Positions 38,005-47,996 of a DNA stretch of 64,000 bases are shown here, piece by piece; positions within the stretch are counted from its first letter, which is position 1; each line of letters opens with the position of its first letter. This DNA is from Polyangiales bacterium (GTDB taxonomy: Bacteria; Myxococcota_A; Polyangia; Polyangiales; Polyangiaceae). The stretch lies in the NCBI GenBank assembly GCA_038230375.1, contig JBBRNJ010000013.1, forward strand, positions 32,001 to 96,000, written 5' to 3'. The notes beneath the pieces were generated by a model that made no database searches, was not told where the DNA came from, and was given only the letters and a program-made list of their open reading frames with translations. A program made the position numbers and the translations under genes.

Positions 38005-39138
38005 TCAGATGTGTGCGCCGGCTCTCCCTGAGATGCTGGCGCTCGCCTGGACGCTGACGTGAATCGATGCCTGCGCGTTCAGCACGGCGTTCGCTGCGGC
38101 GGCGACGCACGCGTCCGCGTGTGCAGCCAGATGCCCCATCGCGCGCGGCAGCTCCGCGCCGGCCCTGACCAGGATCTGGATGTCTCCGGCGATGCGCTCG
38201 CCGTACGCGACCTCGGCCTCGATCAACGCGGGCAGGTTCGCGCGCAGCGTGGCTGCCAGGCGGCCCATCTCGCCGGTCTCGATGGCAACCTGGACCTGCA
38301 CGACCGGTGGCGTGCACTGCGCCGTGAGATCCGCATGTGCCTTGCAGCTGCCCTCGCAGTGCCCACTCGCGCTCGGTGCCTGCACGGCAATGTCGCACTT
38401 CGGCTCCTTGATCTCCACGTTGCATCCTCCGTGGCAGTCCGCGTTGCAGCTGCCGCGGCACGTGCCGTTGCACTGGCCCGCGCAGTGACCAGCCGCGTTT
38501 GCCCCTGGGGCTCCGGCCTGCCCGTGGGCAAGGCACTGACCCTGACAGTCACCGTTGCACGTGCCGTTGCACTGGCCGGAACAGGTGCCTTCGCACCGTC
38601 CGTAGAGATGGCCCGGCGCGCAGTGCGCCCGCACGTAGCCTGGATCTACGCTGACGTTGCACTGTCCTCTGCAGGACGCCTCGATGTCGGCGCTGGCGTG
38701 GCATTGTGGAGGGGTCGCTTGTGCGTGGAGCGATGCGGAGGCGCCAGTGCGCATGATCGCCTCCATGCGCACGGAGACCGCATTACACACGGCAGCGACA
38801 CGACTCTGGCCCTGGGCCGGCGTGGTCTGCTCGGGCGGGATCCCAAGGTCGCGGGCCATCCGCTCGCAGGCGCCACCGACCTGCGCCTCCGCTCTTGCGG
38901 CGGCGGCCTCCAGATCGCTCGCGGCCGTGACGAAGGCGCGGATCGTACCGTTCGCCCTCGCGTCGGCCTCGAAGTTGCCGTTCATCGCGCCGCCGCGCAG
39001 CTCCGGACACGCAAAGTCACCGAGCGCAGCGCCCGTGGCGCCACCGAAGCCGCCCAGCTCACCGCCACACGCGACGACCAGAAACGTCGACACCAAGCCC
39101 AGTACCGAGGCGCGGCGGAGGAGACTCCCGTTTTGCAT
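38005..39138 (-). CDS. CxGxC-repeat Cys-rich lipoprotein
   Basis: Lipobox LVVAC and a long run of CEGTCSGQCNGTCNGDCQGQC repeats flanked by helical regions. Confidence 0.78.
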   Translation of the reverse strand: MQNGSLLRRASVLGLVSTFLVVACGGELGGFGGATGAALGDFACPELRGGAMNGNFEADARANGTIRAFVTAASDLEAAAARAEAQVGGACERMARDLGIPPEQTTPAQGQSRVAAVCNAVSVRMEAIMRTGASASLHAQATPPQCHASADIEASCRGQCNVSVDPGYVRAHCAPGHLYGRCEGTCSGQCNGTCNGDCQGQCLAHGQAGAPGANAAGHCAGQCNGTCRGSCNADCHGGCNVEIKEPKCDIAVQAPSASGHCEGSCKAHADLTAQCTPPVVQVQVAIETGEMGRLAATLRANLPALIEAEVAYGERIAGDIQILVRAGAELPRAMGHLAAHADACVAAAANAVLNAQASIHVSVQASASISGRAGAHI

Positions 39139-39257
39139 CCGCGCATTCACAGCACGAACGGTGCCGACGCTTCGCGTGATGAAAGCTTGTGCTGGCGCAC
39201 GCTGACAGGGGCATTCTTCCTCGGCGCGAGCCAATTCGCCACACGCGCGGTGTGACG

Positions 39258-41468
39258 CTAGCGTGCGCCGTCAAGACCGATCACGGAGACAGGGGTCGGT
39301 CGCGCTCGTGGGGTCACCATGGTGATCTGTCCTTCCACGTTGCGGCCCCAGCAGGTGATCTCGTGCGACGCGCCGATGGCGCACGAGTGATGCGCGCCGA
39401 CAGCGACCTTCATCGCGTGCGTGACGCCGGGCACACGCACGGGTGTGGGTCCGCCGGGGCCCCGCGTTCCCAGCTCTCCGTTGTCGTTCCAGCCCCAGCA
39501 CCAGACCTCACCGCTTCGCGTCGCCGCGCACGAGTGCGCCATGCCCGCGCTGACGTGGATGGCGCCCGTGACACCTTCGATCTCCTTCAGACCGTCGCTG
39601 TGACTGATGCCCTGGTCGTCGCTCCCACCAAAGCAAACGACGCGGCCGGTGGCGCGCACCACGCATGCGTGGTTGGTGCCGACAGACACATGCAGTGCGT
39701 CAGCGACGCCCGGGACGACGACGGGGCTCATCGATCGCGAGCGCTTGTCGTAGTCGGTGCCGTAGCCAAAGCCCCAGCACGTCACGTGTCCGGACTTCTG
39801 CGCAGCGCAGCCCCATAGACTGCCCTGCTCGATCTCCACGACGTCGCGAACAGGCGCAGTCACTGGCGTGGGTGCGGGGGTCTTTGCGCCTTGATTTCCC
39901 CAGCACGTGATGTCGCCGCTGCGGAGGAGCGCGCACGTGCCTCCGCCACCTGCGGACAGCATGCGCGCGGGAGGGAGCTTCGCGATCGCAGGCGTCATGG
40001 TCACCTGGTGCTCGCCCGCCGCGGTCGGGAACGGCGCCGTGCTGTCGACGAGGCCCCAGCATGCGATCTGGCCCTGGCTCGAGAGCGCGCACGTGAAGTA
40101 CTCCGCCGCGGTGACTGCCACCGCCTGACCGATCCCTGTCATGTCCACGCGTGCAGGCGGTGTCGTGTAGCCGCCTGGACTGCCGATGCAGGTGACGACT
40201 CCACCCGCGCGCAGCACGCACGTGGTGTTGTCGGAGAGCGCCGCGTCTTCTGCGTCCGCGATACCTTCGAGGCGAACGGGCGCGACAACGCCGGGGATCT
40301 CGCCGTTCCCGAGCTGCCCGCTGTCGTTCTGGCCCCAGCACACCACGCCACCTTCGCGTCGGCGCGCGCAGGAGCTGTACGGTCCGACCGCGATCTCGAT
40401 CGCATCGCGAAGGCCGTTGACGGGGCGCGCGACGGACCGTGGATCGGCAGACCCCAGCTTGCCGCCGTCGTTGTTGCCGAAGCAGCGGACGGTCCCGTCG
40501 GTGACGAGCGCGCACACGTGATCGTCCGCGACGGCCAGCGTGATGGCCTTCTCGATACCGGGGATCTCGGTCGGCGACGCGTGGCCGGTCTCTGGTCCGT
40601 TGAAGATGGCGCCGCGGTAGTTTTCGCCCCAGCATGCGACGTGGCCGTCTTCGCGGAGCGCGCACGTGTAGTCCTGACCCGCGCCGATCGCGCGCGCATT
40701 GCGGAGGCCGTCAACGTCGACGGGGGCCTCGACGTACGCGCGGCCCATCACGGACGCGTTCCCGAGCTCGCCGTGCGTGCCGTCTCCGAAGCAGCGCAAT
40801 GCGCCGCTCGCCTCTCGCATGCACGCGTGATTGAAGCCGAGCGCAAGGTCCACGACGGCCGCAAGCCCCTTCCTCCGTGCGGGGTCGGTCGTGCGTTGGC
40901 CCGTGGTCAGCCCACCACGATTGAGGCGATCGGGAACCCAGCGATCGAGCCCCCAGCACGACACACCACCATCGCCGTGAACGACGCACGTGCGCATGGG
41001 GTCCGCCACGACGCGCGTGACGTCCCGCAGTTGATTGACGCGCGCGACTGGCTTTCCTTCACCCCAGCAGAACACCGCGTCCGAGGCCGTGCGTGCGCAC
41101 GCGTGCTCGCCCGCAGCGGTCACCTCGACTGCGTCGGTGATGCCCGACACGGGCGCAGCCGTCGCACGCGTCACCAGCGTACCGTCGCCGAGCTGCATCT
41201 TCCGGTTCCCGCCCCAGCACATCACGCGGCCCGGCACATGGTCGAGCGCACAGGCGAACTCGCGACCGAGCGCGATGCTGGGCCCCGGAGGCGTGGGTGC
41301 CACAGGTGCGATCGGAGAGTCGACCACGGCGACCGCGGGCTTCTCCGATGGCGCGATCGCCTGAGGCTTCGGTGGGACCGGCGCGTTGGGCGGCGGCGTG
41401 CAAGCATTCGCGGCGAGCGCCAGGCACGCCGAAAGGACCCCCGTTCGCAGCTCGGCGGAGCAAACCAC
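39258..41468 (-). CDS. RCC1-repeat lipoprotein
   Basis: More than 10 repeats of G..H.CA....G.V.CWG.N..GQLG. Lipobox ANAC. TAGCCT lies 6 nt upstream of the GTG. Confidence 0.9.
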   Translation of the reverse strand: MVCSAELRTGVLSACLALAANACTPPPNAPVPPKPQAIAPSEKPAVAVVDSPIAPVAPTPPGPSIALGREFACALDHVPGRVMCWGGNRKMQLGDGTLVTRATAAPVSGITDAVEVTAAGEHACARTASDAVFCWGEGKPVARVNQLRDVTRVVADPMRTCVVHGDGGVSCWGLDRWVPDRLNRGGLTTGQRTTDPARRKGLAAVVDLALGFNHACMREASGALRCFGDGTHGELGNASVMGRAYVEAPVDVDGLRNARAIGAGQDYTCALREDGHVACWGENYRGAIFNGPETGHASPTEIPGIEKAITLAVADDHVCALVTDGTVRCFGNNDGGKLGSADPRSVARPVNGLRDAIEIAVGPYSSCARRREGGVVCWGQNDSGQLGNGEIPGVVAPVRLEGIADAEDAALSDNTTCVLRAGGVVTCIGSPGGYTTPPARVDMTGIGQAVAVTAAEYFTCALSSQGQIACWGLVDSTAPFPTAAGEHQVTMTPAIAKLPPARMLSAGGGGTCALLRSGDITCWGNQGAKTPAPTPVTAPVRDVVEIEQGSLWGCAAQKSGHVTCWGFGYGTDYDKRSRSMSPVVVPGVADALHVSVGTNHACVVRATGRVVCFGGSDDQGISHSDGLKEIEGVTGAIHVSAGMAHSCAATRSGEVWCWGWNDNGELGTRGPGGPTPVRVPGVTHAMKVAVGAHHSCAIGASHEITCWGRNVEGQITMVTPRARPTPVSVIGLDGAR

Positions 41469-41607
41469 GGGGCCAGGCTACACGGGTATTTGCCGATGTT
41501 CAGGCCATTTCAGGTCGTGTCAGTGGCGTCGCCCCGGCATCGCGCTAGTCCCTACCTGTCTGGGACGTCCTTTTTCTGGACCGTTCGAGGCGGGTGAAAT
41601 CACTCCA

Positions 41608-42294
41608 GTGGGTCCCGTGAATCAAAGCCTGACTCTAAAAGCGGCTTCCGCGCGCTCGAAGGTCGCTGTCGTGCGACCGTTGCCGCGTCGCACCTGGACC
41701 GACGCCGAGATCGTGGCCCTCTTGCGGACCGGCGTGCCCGATGGCCGAGCCGTCTTCTTTGATCACTTCGCGCCGCGCATCTCGAAGCTGGTGTGGAGTG
41801 TCCTGGGCCCCGAGCCAGAGGCGGAGGACGTGCTGCACGAGATCTTCGTGCGTGCGCTCGAACGCATCGACACGCTGAGTGATGCAGAGCGTCTGGGGAG
41901 CTGGATCGCAGGCATCGCCGTCTTCACCTCACGGGAGTGGCTTCGCAGACGGGCGCGCTGGCGCTGGCTGCGGATCCTGACGGACGACGTGGACGCGCCG
42001 GCGCCCGCGGTGAACCACGAGATCTCGGAGGCGCTTCGCGCTGCGTTCCAGGTGCTGGGCACGATGGTCGCGGATGAGCGCATCGCCTTCAGCCTGCGGT
42101 TTCTGGAGGGCATGGAGCTGCAAGAGATCGCGCTTGCCGAAGGCACGTCGCTGTCGACGGTGAAGCGACGGCTGAAGGACGCGCAGCAGCACTTCAGCGC
42201 ACGGGCGCGCAAGCACGCGGCGCTCGTGCCGTGGCTCGAACGTCAAGAGGCGCGGGCGCACACGGGAAGGGAGGAGCCATGGAGCGAGACGTGA
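41608..42294 (+). CDS. ECF RNA polymerase sigma factor
   Basis: Region 2 (EAEDVLHEIF, SWIAGIA) and region 4 (EGMELQEIA....SLSTVKRRL). The start codon is uncertain. Confidence 0.88.
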   Translation: MGPVNQSLTLKAASARSKVAVVRPLPRRTWTDAEIVALLRTGVPDGRAVFFDHFAPRISKLVWSVLGPEPEAEDVLHEIFVRALERIDTLSDAERLGSWIAGIAVFTSREWLRRRARWRWLRILTDDVDAPAPAVNHEISEALRAAFQVLGTMVADERIAFSLRFLEGMELQEIALAEGTSLSTVKRRLKDAQQHFSARARKHAALVPWLERQEARAHTGREEPWSET

Positions 42295-43487
42295 TCTCCG
42301 CGCTCGGACAGGAGCTCGGTCGTGAGCTCGACTCCGTTCAAGGCGCCCAGGCTGGAACTGGCCGCGCCCGCTCTGCGTTCGTTCTGGGCACGCCATCGCG
42401 CTTTCGTCGGAAGAGCAAGCTCGCGCCGCGAGCCTATGCCGCCGGTGCGACCATGCTCGTTGCGGCCGCCATCGTGCTGGTCGCCTGGATCCATTCGCTC
42501 AGCGCGCAGTCCAGGCAGCCCGCGCCGCCCTCGCCACTGACGTTCACCATCGCGAGCGACACGACGAACGCGAACCGCATAGACGGCGCGAGCGGCGCGC
42601 TTCTGGTCGCGACCTCGGAGCTTCCGCTTTCATTCTCGGACGGCACGCGTCTGCTCCTGGAGAAAGAAGCGCGCGCCCGCGTGACCGACGTCGATCATCT
42701 CGGCGCCCGCGTGATCCTGGAGTCGGGCAAGCTGCACGCGTCCGTCATCCACACGGGAACGGCGCGCTGGAACGTGGATGCGGGTCCGTTCGAGATCCAC
42801 GTGACGGGAACGAAGTTCGTGGTCGCGTGGGACCCGAGCGCGCAGGCAATCGACGTGACGCTGGAAGAGGGCTCGGTCCTGGTGAGCGGCTGCGCGCAGA
42901 ACCCCGCACGCACAGTGAGAGGAGGAGAGTCCCTTCACGTGCAGTGTGCAACGACCCCGACCCCGACCCCGACCCCGACCTCGACCTCGACCTCGACCTC
43001 GACCCCGACCTCGACCTCCACCTCGACCCCGACCTCGACCTCCACCTCGACCTCGACCCCGACCCTGGCCCCTTCCCCTCCCCCGAAGGTCGACGAGGTC
43101 TCTGTCGACGATCTCTTCAGCCAGGCTGACGAGGCTCGCTACGCCGGTCATCTCGACGAGGCGAAGACCGCGCTTCTCTCCGTTCGGCGGCGTGCTCCGG
43201 GGACCGAGAAGTCAGCGAGTGCCGCGTTCCAGCTGGGTCGACTCGCCTTCGATGGCAAGGGCGACTACCCGCAGGCCGCGCTCTGGTTCGACACCTACCT
43301 GCATGAGCGGCCGCAAGGGACCCTCGCTCGTGAAGCGCTTGGACGTTCGATGGAAGCGCAGGATCGCGCTGGCGACGCCGAGCTCGCGCAGCGGGCAGCG
43401 CGGACGTATCTCGCGCGGTATCCTTCGGGGCCGCATGCAGCGCTCGCGCATCGGCTGGCGGGCGCGCAAAAAGGAGACGCTCCGTGA
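42279..43487 (+). CDS. FecR-domain anti-sigma factor with a C-terminal TPR-like domain
   Basis: GGAG RBS, a TM, FSDGTRLLL...LESGKL...VTGTKFVV...LEEGSV (FecR), a PT/ST linker, and AAFQLGR...YL..P.G...EALGR...YLARYPSG. Confidence 0.87.
   Translation: MERDVISALGQELGRELDSVQGAQAGTGRARSAFVLGTPSRFRRKSKLAPRAYAAGATMLVAAAIVLVAWIHSLSAQSRQPAPPSPLTFTIASDTTNANRIDGASGALLVATSELPLSFSDGTRLLLEKEARARVTDVDHLGARVILESGKLHASVIHTGTARWNVDAGPFEIHVTGTKFVVAWDPSAQAIDVTLEEGSVLVSGCAQNPARTVRGGESLHVQCATTPTPTPTPTSTSTSTSTPTSTSTSTPTSTSTSTSTPTLAPSPPPKVDEVSVDDLFSQADEARYAGHLDEAKTALLSVRRRAPGTEKSASAAFQLGRLAFDGKGDYPQAALWFDTYLHERPQGTLAREALGRSMEAQDRAGDAELAQRAARTYLARYPSGPHAALAHRLAGAQKGDAP
42954..43061 (+). repeat. Coding hexanucleotide tandem repeat, 18 units of ACC(C/T)C(G/C)
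   Basis: ACCCCG/ACCTCG/ACCTCC units encoding a TP/TS linker. Confidence 0.9.
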
Positions 43488-44545
43488 GGCGCTCCGTCTG
43501 CACCACCGCCTGCGGGAGCCTGCTCCTGCTGCTCTCCGTGAGCTCGCTCGCGCGCGCGGAGGCCCCGGGCAAGCGACGTGTCGTGGTTCTCTCGCCACAC
43601 CCCGACGATGTCTCGGCCCGCCTGCTTCACGAGCTCTCGGGCGTCGCGCTCGATCCGACGATCGCGGCCGGTGATGGAAGCTGCAGCGCGGCTCAGATAA
43701 AGGCGGTCGCCGAGTCCACGCAGTCCGCATCGGTCGTGTGCCTCGGCGAGAAGGACATCGACGTGTGGGTCACGGAGGGTGATGGCCTTCGCATGCGCGA
43801 GCAGCTCCCGTGGGCGTCCGCAGAGCCAACCGCATCGGACCCCGCGCTGGTCCAGGCAACGGAGGCCGTGCGCGCGCGGCTGGCGCAGCTTCCGCCAGAC
43901 GCAGCCCGGCCCACTGCAACATCACCCGGCGGCGACGCGCCCGTCACGGTGTCCGCCGGCACCACGCCAACGAAGGACGAAGCAGCTGTGGTGCCACCGA
44001 AGCACCTGCCGGGCAAAACGCCCAGGATCATCGTCGGTGCAGGCCTCACATCCGTGATCAGCCCCGGCTACCAACCCACGTGGGGTGTGGGCCTGGAAGC
44101 AGCGTTCGGAGTGAGCCGTCATGCGTCCATCGTCGTGAACGCGGTGCTCCCGGTGACCTCCGCGCGGTTCGACGATCCGTCTGCGTCGGCGTCCTCACAC
44201 ACCACGGAGATCGGCGCGGGCGTTCAGATCCCGTTGCTGGCGCCCGACGCTCCCTTGATCCCGCGGCTCGGCGGTGGGTGGGGCATCGTGCACATGCACA
44301 CGCAGCCCATCACGGTTCCCACGGACGGTCACTCGGTCGGACACGAAGAGGATCTGGTGTCGCCCTACCTGTATGTGGACGCCGCGCTCTCGGCGCGGAT
44401 CTACGGCCCCATTCGAGTGACCGCCGCGGCCTCCGCGCTTGGCACGCCCGCCAGGTTTCACGTTCGCGTGGACGGCGTGGAGCAAGGCGCGTTCGGCGGC
44501 ATCGCTCTCCTTTCGCAGCTGCGCGCAGAGGTTCAGCTGCCATGA
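43484..44545 (+). CDS. Secreted protein with a probable C-terminal outer-membrane beta-barrel
   Basis: Signal peptide (ARA-E), GTGA overlap with the FecR gene, and alternating beta strands in the C-half. Confidence 0.68.
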   Translation: MRRSVCTTACGSLLLLLSVSSLARAEAPGKRRVVVLSPHPDDVSARLLHELSGVALDPTIAAGDGSCSAAQIKAVAESTQSASVVCLGEKDIDVWVTEGDGLRMREQLPWASAEPTASDPALVQATEAVRARLAQLPPDAARPTATSPGGDAPVTVSAGTTPTKDEAAVVPPKHLPGKTPRIIVGAGLTSVISPGYQPTWGVGLEAAFGVSRHASIVVNAVLPVTSARFDDPSASASSHTTEIGAGVQIPLLAPDAPLIPRLGGGWGIVHMHTQPITVPTDGHSVGHEEDLVSPYLYVDAALSARIYGPIRVTAAASALGTPARFHVRVDGVEQGAFGGIALLSQLRAEVQLP

Positions 44546-45240
44546 AGCTCTCGCGGCGCCTGCTCCTCGCAGCATTCATGTGGACGCTCATCGTCGCTGG
44601 ATGCGACGTCTATGCAGATCCTGTCGACAACGGCACTTCGTCCGGCAACGTCCCCACGCCCAGCTCCTCCGCCTTCGCCCCGGCGCCGAATGGTGATGTG
44701 TCGAACCCGGTCTCGTGCCCCACCAAGCGTCCTGTCGACAACACGCAGTGCAAGGTCCCCGGGTCGGTCTGCGAGTACGGCGATACACCCGACATCACGT
44801 GCAATCCTCGCGTTGAATGCGTCGACTCCGACACGAGCATGACCACGAATGGTGGCCAACGACGTCCCCCCGCGTGGAGCACCGACCCGGCGATCGGCGG
44901 CTGCATCGTTCACACGTGCCCCGACACGTTCGCTTCGATCACCGCGGGCACCTCGTGCGACTCCGCAGCGGACGCTGGAAATGCGGCGGAGTACCTGTGC
45001 GCCTACCCAGAGGGCCTGTGCGGATGCTCGACGGGGCCCGATGGCTCGCACGCGCACGCCCGTCGCTGGGACTGCGCGCCGGCCCCCCATTCTTCCTGCC
45101 CCGCCGGGCGTCCACACATCGGAGAGGCATGCACGGGCACGGGCCTGACGTGTGACTATGGGAGCTGCATCTTCAAGCACGGCACCGCTGTGCACTGCGA
45201 TGGCAACACGTGGCAGGCGACGGAGGTTCCATGCGACTGA
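44542..45240 (+). CDS. Cys-rich repeat lipoprotein
   Basis: ATGA overlap, lipobox IVAGC, and CP...P..G..C....C(E/D)YG repeats. Confidence 0.78.
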   Translation: MKLSRRLLLAAFMWTLIVAGCDVYADPVDNGTSSGNVPTPSSSAFAPAPNGDVSNPVSCPTKRPVDNTQCKVPGSVCEYGDTPDITCNPRVECVDSDTSMTTNGGQRRPPAWSTDPAIGGCIVHTCPDTFASITAGTSCDSAADAGNAAEYLCAYPEGLCGCSTGPDGSHAHARRWDCAPAPHSSCPAGRPHIGEACTGTGLTCDYGSCIFKHGTAVHCDGNTWQATEVPCD

Positions 45241-45995
45241 GATGGATCGCGCTCGTCGCCTTTCCGTTGCTCGTCGCCGGCATTGCTTGCAGCGGCATCG
45301 GCTCGTTCGACAGCAGCTCTCCGAGCGCGGCTGGCGTCGGGGGCACCAGCGGCGTGTTCGGGGTCGTTCCTGGTCCATGCCCCGTGGCCGCCATCTCCGC
45401 TGACGCACGATGCACGGCACAGCTGGTGTGTGAATACGGAACGAGCTCGAGCGCCTCCTGCAACACCATGGCGGTCTGCAACGAACAGGCGGCATTCGAC
45501 ATCACGCCACCCTCCACGAACGACTGCGATGATCGCTGCCCCACGTTCGATGCGCCCGGCGCGGTGGCAACGGCGCAGGGCACGGCGTGCCTTCATGGCT
45601 CACGCGGAAGCCTGATTTGCCCCTCGCCGTATGATCGCAGCACATGCGGTTGCGCGGAGTCCGGCGCCAGTGACGGTGGAGTCCCGCCGCCCACGAGCGA
45701 CGCGAGCACGACAGCCGACGGCAGCGTCGACCCAGACGCCTCCACCTCGACCGACGACGGCGGTGAAGCTGGCGCCGCGCCCGCGGATGTTCCGGGTGTG
45801 TGGCTCTGCGTCACGCCGCCGGTCGGATGTCCCGCGGCTCGGCCTCCGCTCGGGTCGGCATGTGTTCGCGAGATGATCTGTGACTACGGCGCGTGCCTTT
45901 TCCCGGGCGGAATGAAGGTCGCCTGCGTCGCGAGCACCAACGGCAGTGGACACTGGGTCGATCAGACGCCGGTGCAGTGCGGAGGAAAAACGTGA
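45231..45995 (+). CDS. Cys-rich repeat lipoprotein (paralogue of the preceding gene)
   Basis: Lipobox GIAC. CPAARPPLGSACVREMICDYGACLF aligns with CPAGRPHIGEACTGTGLTCDYGSCIF. Confidence 0.78.
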   Translation: MRLRWIALVAFPLLVAGIACSGIGSFDSSSPSAAGVGGTSGVFGVVPGPCPVAAISADARCTAQLVCEYGTSSSASCNTMAVCNEQAAFDITPPSTNDCDDRCPTFDAPGAVATAQGTACLHGSRGSLICPSPYDRSTCGCAESGASDGGVPPPTSDASTTADGSVDPDASTSTDDGGEAGAAPADVPGVWLCVTPPVGCPAARPPLGSACVREMICDYGACLFPGGMKVACVASTNGSGHWVDQTPVQCGGKT

Positions 45996-46060
45996 GCCAC
46001 CAGACCACGCCTGGATCACTCCTTCTTGGTCGAGCGCGAGACTGGCTCCGGAGAACCGAC

Positions 46061-47941
46061 ATGCGAAACAACTTTCGACTGCAGGGTGGAAATGGTGCGT
46101 GGCTCGCGGGACTCGCGAGCTTCGCGGGTCTGGCGCTCCTTTCGGGGGGCTGCAACCTGTCACGGAGCAGCGGAAGCCAGGACACGCCATCGGATCCCGC
46201 CAGTCCGCCGCCCGAACCGGCGAGGCTCATCGGACCGGCACCGCAATTTGGTGCAGGCCAGAGCCTGGCGACTCCGCCTCCGCCCATCAGCGGCGGCACA
46301 CTCACCGTGGCTGGCGACGGTGTGACGGCCTTCGCGGCCGACCCCGATCGCGATCGCGTGTACGTGATTGACATCCCCAGCCGCACGGTCCTGCGCACGT
46401 ATCAGCTCCAGCCGCACGATGAGCCGGGCCGCGTCGCGGTGGATGCGAAGGGTCGCGCGTACGTTGCGCTGCGCTCGGGTGCCGCGCTCTTCACGATCGA
46501 TCGGGCCGCCGACACGACCGAGCGCCGGGCAGCATGTGTCGCGCCGCGCGGTGTCGCGTACGACGCGTCATCGGACACCGTGGTCCTTGTGTGCGCTGAC
46601 GGCACGCTGCTGCGGTTCCCCACGGGAACGGGCGCCGCAACGATGCGGGTCACCCTTCCGCGCGACCTGCGTGACGTGATCGTCCACAAGGACGGCTCCA
46701 TGTCCGTGAGCACGTTCCGTATTCCTTCCATCCTTCGCGTTGGCGCGGGTGGTGGATTGGAGGACAAGATCGACCTCACCGAGCAGGCGGATCCATCGAC
46801 CACACCGCACCTCCTCTGGCGCATGGTCCCGGTCGACCTTGGCGACGGCGAGGAGCGCGTGCTCGCCGCGGCGCAGAAGGCGCGGCAGCAGCCCGTCCCG
46901 GTCTCCGCTGGCGGCTATGGCGGCAGCGGGTTCGACGCATGTCCGCCGGGAATCGTCTCGGGGCAGATGCAGGTCATCGGGACAGGCCCCCAGATCCGCT
47001 CGGCCACGACGCAGCTGATGCCGCAGGTCACCTTGCCTGTCGACATCACGTCCGACGGCAAGACCGCAGTCATCCTGGGTGCCGGCAACTCGCACTCGCC
47101 AGGTGCACCGCAGATCTTCATGCAGTCGCTCGCTTCGATGCCGCCCTCGTTCGAGACCACGTCGTCGCCGAACTGCGGCATTTCCAAGGTCGCCGTGACA
47201 CCAGGGCAGCCGATCGCGATCGCGTTCGACGGCGCAGGCGAGCTGCTCGTGCAATCGCGCGAGCCCGCAGCGCTCTACATCATGACGCCTGACCGAACCC
47301 ACGTGTGGAAGACCATCACGCTCGCGACGGACACGCGCGAGGACACCGGGCACGCAGTCTTCCACGCCAACACCGGCACGGGCGTCGCGTGCGCTTCCTG
47401 CCATGCAGAGGGCGGCGACGACGCGCATGTCTGGCAGTTCGACGGCCTTGGCGCGCGCAGGACACCCGTCCTCCGCGGCACCACCGCGAACACGGAGCCG
47501 TACCACTGGGATGGCTCGCAGAAGGACATGACCGACATCGTCACGCACGTGTTCGAAGGACGCATGAGCGGCCCCAAGCTCGAAGCGGACCAGGTCAGCG
47601 CCCTCAAGCAGTGGATCAACGCCCTCCCCGCGCCGCCACCGATCCGCGGCATGGACGCCGCCGCGACGCGCGGGCAGGCGCTCTTCACGACGCAAGGCTG
47701 CAGTGGTTGCCACTCTGGACCCATGCTCACGAGCAACCAGACCGTGGACGTCGGGACAGGCGCGGCATTCCAGGTGCCGTCGCTCAAGGGCGTGGGCTGG
47801 CGCGCTCCGTTTCTGCACGACGGCTGCGCGACCACGCTCGCGGAACGCTTCGGCCCATGCGGTGGAGGTCAACACGGGGATACGGCAAACCTCAGCCCCG
47901 GCAACAAGACCGATCTCATTGCGTTCCTCGAGACGCTCTGA
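46061..47941 (+). CDS. Beta-propeller + di-heme cytochrome c peroxidase/MauG-like lipoprotein
   Basis: GGAG RBS, lipobox SGGC, a YVTN/YncE-like propeller, CASCH, RRTPVL..PYHWDG, GQALF...CSGCH and VPSLKGV..RAPFLHDG. Confidence 0.85.
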   Translation: MRNNFRLQGGNGAWLAGLASFAGLALLSGGCNLSRSSGSQDTPSDPASPPPEPARLIGPAPQFGAGQSLATPPPPISGGTLTVAGDGVTAFAADPDRDRVYVIDIPSRTVLRTYQLQPHDEPGRVAVDAKGRAYVALRSGAALFTIDRAADTTERRAACVAPRGVAYDASSDTVVLVCADGTLLRFPTGTGAATMRVTLPRDLRDVIVHKDGSMSVSTFRIPSILRVGAGGGLEDKIDLTEQADPSTTPHLLWRMVPVDLGDGEERVLAAAQKARQQPVPVSAGGYGGSGFDACPPGIVSGQMQVIGTGPQIRSATTQLMPQVTLPVDITSDGKTAVILGAGNSHSPGAPQIFMQSLASMPPSFETTSSPNCGISKVAVTPGQPIAIAFDGAGELLVQSREPAALYIMTPDRTHVWKTITLATDTREDTGHAVFHANTGTGVACASCHAEGGDDAHVWQFDGLGARRTPVLRGTTANTEPYHWDGSQKDMTDIVTHVFEGRMSGPKLEADQVSALKQWINALPAPPPIRGMDAAATRGQALFTTQGCSGCHSGPMLTSNQTVDVGTGAAFQVPSLKGVGWRAPFLHDGCATTLAERFGPCGGGQHGDTANLSPGNKTDLIAFLETL

Positions 47942-47996
47942 GGCCGCGCGCAGGTGTAGCGAGAATCTTGTTTTGGCGTACGTTTCTTGAAGAACG

